64,000 nt of DNA from assembly GCA_963664395.2 (NCBI GenBank), contig OY761159.2, positions 3,328,001 to 3,392,000 on the forward strand. The letters run 5' to 3'. Within the stretch, counting starts at the first letter, position 1, and each line of letters opens with the position of its first letter. Position numbers and translations under genes: made by a program. This document shows positions 21,038 through 29,410 of this stretch, piece by piece. This DNA is from Candidatus Binatia bacterium. Lineage in GTDB: Bacteria > Desulfobacterota > Binatia > Bin18. The notes under the pieces are model-generated. The model did no database searches. It saw nothing but the letters and a program-made list of their open reading frames with translations, and had not been told where the DNA came from.

Positions 21038-22534
21038 TTACGACCACGGGGCGACCTCGGCGATAAAATCCGTAAAAGTCGTATGGACTTCCGCGTGAAG
21101 CCTATCCTTCTGATTCTCGAACGTCTGCATCAGGATTTGGATCGTTCGAGCGGTTCGGTGCCTCTGGCGGGACGAACCTGATACTTCGTGAGCGAGTTCT
21201 TGCAGCATAGTCTGCTGAACATCAAGATCGTTGAGCTGGCCTAACACGTCCTGGAGGGTGCGCAGACGACGAATCGGTTCAGTTGTCAGCGCCTCGGGGA
21301 ACGCACTGGTAAAAAACTCGAACAAATAGCGGAGTTTCTTACATTCAATGCGGAGTCTATGCAGCCGTCGGGGGTCGCTCGCCTTGAGGGCGTCCGGTCG
21401 TATGGTGGTGACCACGCGCTGACACTGCTTGCGGATACATTTCCGGACAAGTTTTCCCAGCGTGTGGTCTGCCCGTGGTCCCTTGGCTTTCGTATCCGTT
21501 GCGACGGCTTCCCAGCGCTGGAGAATGCTCTCATATTGCTGTGTGTTCAGCGCTTCCACCAGACGGTGGTGCGTGGCGTAGCGTTCATACTGAACCGCGC
21601 GAAAGAGCGGTGCAATGTCCGGGCGCAGGTCCGGCGGGAGAGCGGCCAGATAGCCCGCCTGTTGAAGCAGAAACACGTCCAGATCGCGCAGGTGGTTGGT
21701 GAGGCTTCCCAAAAAGGACAAATCCTTGCGCAGGTGTTTGGTCAAGCGAACCGGCAATACCGCCGGCAGTTGGCCGAGCAAGGACCGGGCACGCCGAATG
21801 GCTACGCGAAAGTCGTGCAAAAACTCAGTATCAATATCGGAGAGGATGCCCGCCCGGTTCTGTCTGACTATGCCAAGCAGAAAGGCCAGAATTGTGCGCA
21901 CCGCGCTATCAGCCCGCATATCGGGCTCGAACCCAAACGCGAGTTTCGCAGAATAGGCGCGCGCCTGCTGGGCTGTATATAGGGTCGCCAGCGGACCGCT
22001 CGGAGAAACCGGAGTCAGGGCTAAGGAATCCAGCCATGCGCACAGCCCACCCGCCGACTCGGCATAAGACGAGACCTCGACCTGGGTCGGAAACGGGACG
22101 ATCCCTGCGTAGTCTTTGGCCGCGCTCTCTTCAAAGACAATATTCGCCACAGGTCGATGGGGGGCCGCCTGCTCCGCCAGCGCAAAATACGCGGCATGCA
22201 CGACCGCCCGCTCCATAAGCGCGCGGATTGAGACCAGCGGCAAGAGTTGCGCTTTGAGGGGACTCTCTACCCACTCGCCGACACAAGGCAGGAGCGCCGA
22301 GCAGGGCGTGCGTTCACCGACCGGACGGCTGTCCAGCGACCAGAGCGCAACCGTATCGTGCACCTGACACAAGGCCAGCTCACGCCGAAACAGGCGCCAG
22401 TCAAAGGTATCGAAATAGCGCCGCGTCTGGGTTCCTAAAGAGGTGAGATCAACGGAAAAACGCGCCTGCAATTGGCGCAGGAACTGGTCCTGGGTTATGT
22501 TCCCTGGCAAGCTATAGCGGGTCCGCATACTCAT
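21038..22534 (-). CDS. CHAD domain protein (polyphosphate-binding) with degenerate CYTH-like N-terminus
   Basis: LHDFRVAIRR.RS, RDLDV, LHRLRIECKKLRY..E and LQD.LG.LND motifs. Confidence 0.88.
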   Translation of the reverse strand: MSMRTRYSLPGNITQDQFLRQLQARFSVDLTSLGTQTRRYFDTFDWRLFRRELALCQVHDTVALWSLDSRPVGERTPCSALLPCVGEWVESPLKAQLLPLVSIRALMERAVVHAAYFALAEQAAPHRPVANIVFEESAAKDYAGIVPFPTQVEVSSYAESAGGLCAWLDSLALTPVSPSGPLATLYTAQQARAYSAKLAFGFEPDMRADSAVRTILAFLLGIVRQNRAGILSDIDTEFLHDFRVAIRRARSLLGQLPAVLPVRLTKHLRKDLSFLGSLTNHLRDLDVFLLQQAGYLAALPPDLRPDIAPLFRAVQYERYATHHRLVEALNTQQYESILQRWEAVATDTKAKGPRADHTLGKLVRKCIRKQCQRVVTTIRPDALKASDPRRLHRLRIECKKLRYLFEFFTSAFPEALTTEPIRRLRTLQDVLGQLNDLDVQQTMLQELAHEVSGSSRQRHRTARTIQILMQTFENQKDRLHAEVHTTFTDFIAEVAPWS

Positions 22535-22620
22535 GTCCGACTCTTCTGTGTTATGAGACAGGCTCCTGAGCATCCCTGTAGTATAAAGACCTGTCAGGAC
22601 TAATAAAGGTAGCCCCAAAA

Positions 22621-22848
22621 ATGAACGCCCAGCCCGGCAGCTATGCCCTCCTCTTGCAAGCCGACCGGCGGCGGACCGTCCGGATTGGGCGGCTGGGCCA
22701 GCTCACCGTTGAGCCGGGCTGCTACATCTACGTCGGCAGTGCCCTGGGACCGGGAGGGGTACGGGCGCAGGGCGGTCATCACGGCGCAGGCTTCGGGCCG
22801 CTATTCCGCAGCATGGTCGAGCCGAACGGGTGGCGGCGGAGGGGATAG
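22621..22848 (+). pseudogene. Truncated GIY-YIG/DUF123 nuclease fragment
   Basis: GSYALLL...IGRLG...GCYIYVGSALGPGG N-terminal motif, then loss of similarity; no C-terminal WHIDY-type motif. Confidence 0.6.
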
Positions 22849-22908
22849 TCTGTCTTGTCTGACAGGCCCGGACTGGTCTATAGAGGAGCGGGTATAAGGA
22901 TAGAAACT

Positions 22909-24360
22909 ATGGGAGCACGCACCGGAGCAGAGTTTACTGCGGGACTACGCGATAATCGAGAAGTCTGGCTGGGCAACGAGCGCGTCGAAGATGTGACCAC
23001 GCATCCGGCCTTTCGCGCCGCGGTCGAGAGTATTGCCCAGTTATACGACATGCAGCACGATCCGGCCTATCGGGACACGCTGTGCTATCCCTCGCCGACG
23101 AGCGGTAATCCGGTCGGGCTGTCGTTTCTGATCCCGCGCACGCGGGACGACCTGGTGCGGCGGCGGGCCATGAGTAAGGTCTGGGCGGACGCGACCTGCG
23201 GCATGATGGGCCGCAGTGCGGATTTTCTCAATGCCATGGTCACCGCCTGGGCGGCCAAGGCCGACTATTTTGCCCGGCAGAGTCCGGAGTGCCGGGAGCG
23301 CGTCCTGGACTATTATGAACATTGCCGCGAGAACGACCTGTTTCTCACCCATACCCTGGTTGATCCGCAAGTGGACCGCTCCAGGAACCGGGCCGAGCAG
23401 GACGATCCGCATCAGTGCCTCGGTATTGTAGACGAGACGGCTGAGGGGCTCGTTATTCGAGGCGCGAAAATGATTGCCACGGCCGCGCCGTTCGCCGATG
23501 AGATTCTGGCCTGGCCCTTTCCGCCAACCCTGACCGCAGCAGAGTCGGCCTATGCCATTGTCTTTATCATCCCGGTTGCCTCGCCGGGGCTGAAGATTAT
23601 TTGTCGCGAGTCTTTTACCCGACCTGGCCCGGTCGAAGATCATCCGCTGAGCGCCCGCTTTGACGAGATGGACGCAGTCGCGGTTTTTGACGATGTGCTT
23701 GTCCCCTGGCCGCGCGTTTTTTTGCACAAAGATGTCAATCTGGTCGGCCAGATGTACACCGGCACCCGCATTCGAGAATGGACGGCCCACCAGACCAATA
23801 CGCGGCTGTTGTCGAAGATCGAGTTTGTCTACGGCACGCTCAGCCTCATGGCTGAAGCCATCGGGGTCCAGGACAAACCCGTCGTACAAGAGACACTGGG
23901 CGAAGCGGCCAGCTACGTTGAAATCATTAAATCCATTCTCCTTGCAGCGGAACAAGAAGCCGAAATTGACCCTTCCAACGGGGCGATCTACCCTGCCCTC
24001 ACGCCCCTGCAAGTCGGACGGGTCTGGGGGCCGCGTATCTATCCGCGCTTGATGGAAATGATGCGCCGGATTGGAGCGGGCGGGCTGATGCAGTTGCCGG
24101 CCACATTTGCTTCCTTTGACGGGCCGACCGGGCCGGACCTGGAAAAATACTACCGCGGCGCCCACATCCCGGCCCAGGATAAAGTCCGGCTCTTTAAGCT
24201 GGCCTGGGACCTTGTCGGCTCTGATTTTGGCTCACGCCACGAGCTATACGAAATGTTCTATGCCGGCGATCCCAGCATGATTACGGCCGGCTTGCAGCGT
24301 GATTTCGACACCGCACGGTGTACGAACCGGGTGAAAGCATTTCTGGGTCTGGGAGAGTAG
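22909..24360 (+). CDS. hpaB: 4-hydroxyphenylacetate 3-monooxygenase oxygenase-like component
   Basis: REVW..ERV.DVT.HP, GR..DF.N, PQVDR, RFDEMD, LAWD..GS.FGSRH.LYE.F motifs. Confidence 0.85.
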   Translation: MGARTGAEFTAGLRDNREVWLGNERVEDVTTHPAFRAAVESIAQLYDMQHDPAYRDTLCYPSPTSGNPVGLSFLIPRTRDDLVRRRAMSKVWADATCGMMGRSADFLNAMVTAWAAKADYFARQSPECRERVLDYYEHCRENDLFLTHTLVDPQVDRSRNRAEQDDPHQCLGIVDETAEGLVIRGAKMIATAAPFADEILAWPFPPTLTAAESAYAIVFIIPVASPGLKIICRESFTRPGPVEDHPLSARFDEMDAVAVFDDVLVPWPRVFLHKDVNLVGQMYTGTRIREWTAHQTNTRLLSKIEFVYGTLSLMAEAIGVQDKPVVQETLGEAASYVEIIKSILLAAEQEAEIDPSNGAIYPALTPLQVGRVWGPRIYPRLMEMMRRIGAGGLMQLPATFASFDGPTGPDLEKYYRGAHIPAQDKVRLFKLAWDLVGSDFGSRHELYEMFYAGDPSMITAGLQRDFDTARCTNRVKAFLGLGE

Positions 24361-24561
24361 AACCCTATCGGTTCATGCATCGATTTTCAGAGGCGTATGG
24401 CGTGCCGACGCCTCGAATTATCGACAAGAAAGATTTGTGGATTTTTAGGACAGATGCCAGTTTACCCGCGATTTATTCAGATGGGAAAAAAGCGAGCGCG
24501 GTAAGTCCGTGATTTTATTGACATCCAGCCTGGCTCGCTACATCCGATAAGATATTATGTG

Positions 24562-24786
24562 TCAGACTTGCCGGGGTGCGGTCCGTTCAATCAGCGCCCG
24601 CAAGGCCAGCATGTTTTCCTCATGCTGCTGGTCACGATAGCCCGCGCTCTGGCGCATCAACCGCAGGCCCCAGGCAATCAAGGCGCATTGGATCAAGCCC
24701 ACCAGCCCAGCTATCCCGGCCTGGACATACATTGCCCCTAGTGAAGCGTGCTGCAAAGCAATCGTTGCCGTCTCAAATTCAGTCAT
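24562..24786 (-). CDS. Small single-TM protein, paralogue of 42946-43242
   Basis: GGAGAAGG RBS; shared motif Q..LI.WGL..M......R..Q and C-terminal L..L..RTA. Confidence 0.65.
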   Translation of the reverse strand: MTEFETATIALQHASLGAMYVQAGIAGLVGLIQCALIAWGLRLMRQSAGYRDQQHEENMLALRALIERTAPRQV

Positions 24787-24928
24787 GATTTCCTTCTCCC
24801 CTATGCCGTTCCTTTAGCTTATCCAATACTATGGACGGGAATTCATTCAGGAATTCATTCAATAGTGAGCCTATTTTCGCAGGAATGACGGAAGGTGGCG
24901 GGCGGCTATACGGAATCGTGAATTTGCC

Positions 24929-25987
24929 CTAGACCGGTATCGCCAGCAGTTCGCCCAGGTGTTGGTCGATTTGTTTCAGATAGTCCGGCTCGATGCCGAA
25001 CAGCCCGAGGTGGCCGTAGATGCTGTGAATCACCCGGAACTCGCTGTTGGGAATGAGTTGCTGCTCGGCTTCACAATCGCGCGGGGGAAAGAACATGTCT
25101 TCGTCAATCGGCAGGACAAATACTTTGGCCCGAATACGCTCAAGCGCCTGTTTAAGGTCACCGCCGGTATGCCGACTGACATCACCCCGCTGCCATTTCC
25201 AGGCCATGCACAGCAGATTGTTCGGGTCCATGGGCAGAAAATAGTTTTCCACAAAACCGACCACAAAGTCTTCGGTGGAAGAGAAGCCCAACTCCCGCCA
25301 GGCTTCCTGCTTGAACAGCTCGGTGCAGAAGCCCATCACGGACCACAGGCGGGCCTGGCGGCGCAATCCGACCTGGACCGCGTGCGGGTCTGTATACCAG
25401 CCGTTATTCCAGGCGGGGTCTGAGGTGATCGCCTCGTTCAGGGTCTCAACGTACAGAAAGTCGTGCGGCGTGTTCTTGGCCGTGCCGGCCAGCGGGGCCG
25501 CACGCTTGACCATAGCGGGATAGCGCACCGCCCACTCATAGGTTTGCTGCGCACCCATAGAGCCGCCGCACACCAGTTCCAAGCGTTCAATACCAAACTG
25601 TTCGGTCACAAGCTTGTGCTGGGCGCGCACATCGTCGCCGATTCGGATGCGCGGGAAACGTGCCATATTGAACGGAGCAGGCGTATTTGACGGCGAGCTC
25701 GACAGACCATTGCCGAGTTGGTTGGCGATAATGACAAAATACTTGTCCGGATCAATCGCCCGGCCTGGACCAACATGGACATCAGCCATGATCTTACTGG
25801 TGCCCGAGTACCAGGTCGGCAGGAGAATGGCATTGTCCTTTTGGGCGTTCAGCGTCCCCTGGGTGGTATAGGCGAGCTTGCCGTCATGCAGCGTTCCGCC
25901 TTCTTCCAATGTGAAGTTGCCGAGATCGAACAACTCAAATGGCCCGTGATTCTCTTGCGAGTAGTAGTCGTTGAACGTACTGGACAT
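24929..25987 (-). CDS. Alpha/beta hydrolase of the homoserine O-acetyltransferase-like family
   Basis: GNG.SSSPSN, GGSMGA nucleophile, D.FF and GH motifs. Confidence 0.85.
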   Translation of the reverse strand: MSSTFNDYYSQENHGPFELFDLGNFTLEEGGTLHDGKLAYTTQGTLNAQKDNAILLPTWYSGTSKIMADVHVGPGRAIDPDKYFVIIANQLGNGLSSSPSNTPAPFNMARFPRIRIGDDVRAQHKLVTEQFGIERLELVCGGSMGAQQTYEWAVRYPAMVKRAAPLAGTAKNTPHDFLYVETLNEAITSDPAWNNGWYTDPHAVQVGLRRQARLWSVMGFCTELFKQEAWRELGFSSTEDFVVGFVENYFLPMDPNNLLCMAWKWQRGDVSRHTGGDLKQALERIRAKVFVLPIDEDMFFPPRDCEAEQQLIPNSEFRVIHSIYGHLGLFGIEPDYLKQIDQHLGELLAIPV

Positions 25988-26095
25988 GCTACGTCTCCTT
26001 GTCCGCTGAGCAACCTCTGAGGCGTGTTTGAACCAACTGCCTGATTGGGGTATAGCTTATCCGAACGGAAAGCCCAAGAGAAGAAAACGAGCACC

Positions 26096-27157
26096 ATGCA
26101 CGCAAACACTGACAGTCTGAACGAAGATATCGACGCTATCGAATACTATTTCGAGCAGGGCGTCACCGACGGTCTGCCCGTTGTCCCACCAACCGAAGAA
26201 CGGATGCAACTCATGCTGGCCGCTACCTCACAGGCTGCGGACGAAGTTGTTGCACTCGTGCCGCCCAATTTTGGCGAAGCCTCGATTGAGAAGATCGCCG
26301 TGAATGCAGTCATGGCCGGCTGCAAGCCGGAATTCCTGCCGGTCGTTATTGCCGGTGTGCGGGCCATGTGTGACGAGCGGGCCAATCTGCATGGCGTGCA
26401 GGGCACCACCCACACGGCCACACCGCTGTTTATTATTAACGGCCCAGTCCGGCAGCAGCTTGATATTAATTGCGCCGCCGGCGTGTTTGGCTCAGGCTGG
26501 CGGGCCAACGCGACCATCGGCCGGGCACTCCGCCTGATCATGATTAATATCGGCGGTGCGTATCCGGGCGAAATCGATAAATCAACCATGGGCCATCCCG
26601 GCAAATACACCTATTGCATCGGCGAATACGAAGAACAGAACCCGTGGGAGCCGTTACATGTCGAGCACGGCTACGCGCCGGAGCAGAGCACCATCAGCGT
26701 CTATTGTTGCGACGCCCCACAGTGTGTGAGCAATCACGGCAGTCGCACGGCGCGCGGTATTCTGGACACCGTCGGGGCCAGCATGGCTGTCGGCTGGAGC
26801 GATAAGACCTATCTGGCCGGAAACTATATTGTCGTGCTCGGCCCGGAACACGCCAAAAGCATTGCGGCGGATGGCATGCGCAAACAGGACGTGAAGCGCT
26901 ATCTGTATGAAAACGTCCGGCGGCCTCTTCACGAACTGCTTCCCGGACCGGACGGCAGTGAGGGAGTGAGACGGGAAAGCCTGCCCGGCTGGCTAAACGC
27001 AACAGACGACTTCAGCCTTATCCCAAAAGTGTCCTCGCCGGACGGCATTATTCTTGTCGTGGCCGGCGGGACAGCCGGACGCTTTTCCGTGCATATGTGT
27101 GGCTGGGGTGGGGGCGCCGGCCAGAGTGAACTCGTGACCGTACCTATAGGGACATAA
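26096..27157 (+). CDS. Conserved protein of the 'DGLPVVPPT' family that accompanies UGSC selenoproteins
   Basis: TDGLPVVPPT, EKIAVNAVMAGC.PE, ANATIGRA and E.EE.NPW motifs. Confidence 0.75.
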   Translation: MHANTDSLNEDIDAIEYYFEQGVTDGLPVVPPTEERMQLMLAATSQAADEVVALVPPNFGEASIEKIAVNAVMAGCKPEFLPVVIAGVRAMCDERANLHGVQGTTHTATPLFIINGPVRQQLDINCAAGVFGSGWRANATIGRALRLIMINIGGAYPGEIDKSTMGHPGKYTYCIGEYEEQNPWEPLHVEHGYAPEQSTISVYCCDAPQCVSNHGSRTARGILDTVGASMAVGWSDKTYLAGNYIVVLGPEHAKSIAADGMRKQDVKRYLYENVRRPLHELLPGPDGSEGVRRESLPGWLNATDDFSLIPKVSSPDGIILVVAGGTAGRFSVHMCGWGGGAGQSELVTVPIGT

Positions 27158-27180
27158 AGCACGCAAGAGGAGAAAGACAC

Positions 27181-27714
27181 ATGCCAAAACTCTATGACCC
27201 GACGGCAACCCCGAAACAAGCCACCGCGGCGCTCGCGGCCCGTTTACCGGACTTGCGAGGCAAGACGGTTGGTTTGCTCGATATCAGCAAGGCCAAGGGC
27301 AATTTTTTCCTGGACCGCGTAGAAGAGATGTTGACTGCGCAATTCCAGCCGCAGGCAATTATCCGGCGCATGAAGCCCACGTTTGCCCGTCCGGCGCCGG
27401 AAGACATACGCCAGGAACTGGCGCAAAAGTGCGACTTTCTGATTGAAGCCCTGGCCGATTGAGGCTCGTGTACAACGTGCAGTGTGCACGACGGAATCTT
27501 TTTTGAAAAAGCCGGTATCCCTTCGGCGGTGTTTGCCACGACCGAGTTTTCCAACGCGGCACTCGCTCAGGCCAAGGCGTTGGGCTTGCCGGATTTCAAG
27601 GTCATCTTGGTCGAACATCCTATTCAGCCCCTGACACCGGAAGAAGTCCACGGACGGGCGGAGGCGGTGTTCGGCCAGATGGTTGAAAAGGTGACGGGAC
27701 GAGCGGGCTCCTGA
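27181..27714 (+). CDS. UGSC-family selenoprotein (in-frame TGA = Sec94)
   Basis: ORFs 27181-27462 and 27484-27714 are in the same frame; read-through gives ALAD-U-GSCTTCSVHD; hairpin directly after the UGA. Confidence 0.85.
27466..27491 (+). promoter_or_regulatory. Candidate bacterial SECIS hairpin
   Basis: TCGTGTACA-ACGTGCAG-TGTGCACGA, a 9-bp stem with one G:U starting 3 nt after the UGA. Confidence 0.55.
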
Positions 27715-27751
27715 TTTCAGGAACACCGCCCGCCCAGGCTTGTGCGCCCGC

Positions 27752-28090
27752 TTACCCGGCCAAGGGTATAATACCCATCACCACCGCTTCGTCACTCACC
27801 ACTCGGGTGGTATGACCCTGACCGGTCGTGTCTTCAACCAGGCGGGCGTCGCCGGGGCCAAAGCGCCGGGTGGTGCCGTCGCCCAGGCCGATTTCCAGTT
27901 GCCCGGAGACAATAATCACGTACTGCCGGCGCGGCGCGGGATGCCAGTCCATAAAAGTCCCGACCGGCACTTCGACAAAAGAGATATGCGACGTGGCCTG
28001 CGGCTCGGTCAGGCTTGGATGCGAGGCCAGGCTTTGATCTTCAAAATGTGATTGGCCGTCGTCGCCGGTGTACAGTCGATACAGTCCCAT
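27752..28090 (-). CDS. Cupin domain protein
   Basis: LYTG.DG.SHF, WHPAPRRQY and EDTTG.GH motifs; GAGGTG RBS. Confidence 0.85.
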   Translation of the reverse strand: MGLYRLYTGDDGQSHFEDQSLASHPSLTEPQATSHISFVEVPVGTFMDWHPAPRRQYVIIVSGQLEIGLGDGTTRRFGPGDARLVEDTTGQGHTTRVVSDEAVVMGIIPLAG

Positions 28091-28121
28091 TACCCACCTC
28101 TCTTTTCTTACGCTTGGCCTT

Positions 28122-28153
28122 GGTAGGGGGCGACGCAGGCGTCGCCCCCTACC
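28122..28153. repeat. GTAG-type REP palindrome
   Basis: GGTAGGGGGCGACGC-AG-GCGTCGCCCCCTACC perfect inverted repeat overlapping the stop of the protease tail. Confidence 0.8.
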
Positions 28154-29410
28154 GAACATCCGTAATAACAAAGTTCTGGCTGTTCTGCTGCCACTCCAGT
28201 GTGACCGTCCCGCCCAGCATGGGAAAGTCCTCCGCCATACACTCGCCCTCGGCCCCCCGCAGAAACTCTTCCTCTGCCCCTTCCCCCACGGTCGTCACCC
28301 GCACCGTGGCCCGACCCAACTCGATGTCATCGACCCACGCTACCACCGTATGCTCCCCCTCCCCCAACAGGTTCCAGTTGAACAACAACCCAAACCCATT
28401 GTCCGTGTCCCCACACGCACCTTGGGTATCCACCCGCTCCGTCCCATACGCCGCCCCCTGCCGCCCGGCGGTCCCAATCGCAAGCTCGACCGTGTCGGCG
28501 TCACACACCCAGCCCGACAGTACCCGGACCCCACTCTGAAAGGAGTTATGACCCGGATTCTCCAGAAACCCGGTCAGTGCACTTGTCCGGCCCGGAGTGG
28601 CCCCAGCCGGGGGATTCCCGCCCGCAATGACGAAGTTCTGGCTGTTTTGCTGCCACACCAAGGTCACCCGTCTCGCCCACCACCGGAAAGTCCTCGGCCT
28701 CACACGTCCCCGTCTACCCCCCGCAGAAACTCCTGTCCCAGCGTCGTCACGGTCACAGTCGCCCGGTCCAACTCCACCCCATCCACCAGGGCCACGACTT
28801 CATGCTCCCCGTCTCTCAACAGGTTCCAGTTAAACAAGAGGCCAAAGCCATTGTCCGTGTCGCCACACGCCGGCAGCGTGTCTAGCCGCTCCGTCCCATA
28901 CGCCGCCTCCTGCGGTATCCCGTTCAACTCGATCTCCACCACCGCCGCCTCACACACCCAGCCCGAGAGCACGCCCACGCCACTCTGGAACGAATCGGCA
29001 CCGGGGTTCTCCAGATAGCCCTGCACGAAGGTGATTTCTAAGTCGTACGTCCCAGTCGCTCCCCCTTGCCCTTGTACGGCTACGACGACTGGGCCGGCCT
29101 GCACGAGGGCACCAAGCCGGTCGTTCTGCTGCCCCCCCGTGGGGCCGGACGCCACGACCACGTCGTTCTGCCAGATGGTCCCTCGGGTCGGCACTCCGCC
29201 GGTGGTGTCCACAAAGACGAGACCCCGGCCGGGGGCGGTGACGGTAAAATAATCCACATCTGCGGCGGGACAGATGGCGCCAGCAGTCACCGCAGACAGC
29301 GCACTGTCAGTGGCCTGTGCAGCGGTGTTGGCGTGCACGTCATCCTGCGTACAGGCTGGGGCCCCCACCGCCGCCCCCACCGCCGCTGCCCCCACCCACG
29401 CTGCCCCCAC
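28149..29410 (-). CDS. Frameshifted C-terminal continuation of the giant protease (PPC-like domain plus two LENP..SFQSG...NGFGLLFNWNLL repeats)
   Basis: Protein-like reading continues across shifts near 29360, 28710 and 28668, at G/C runs. Confidence 0.7.
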
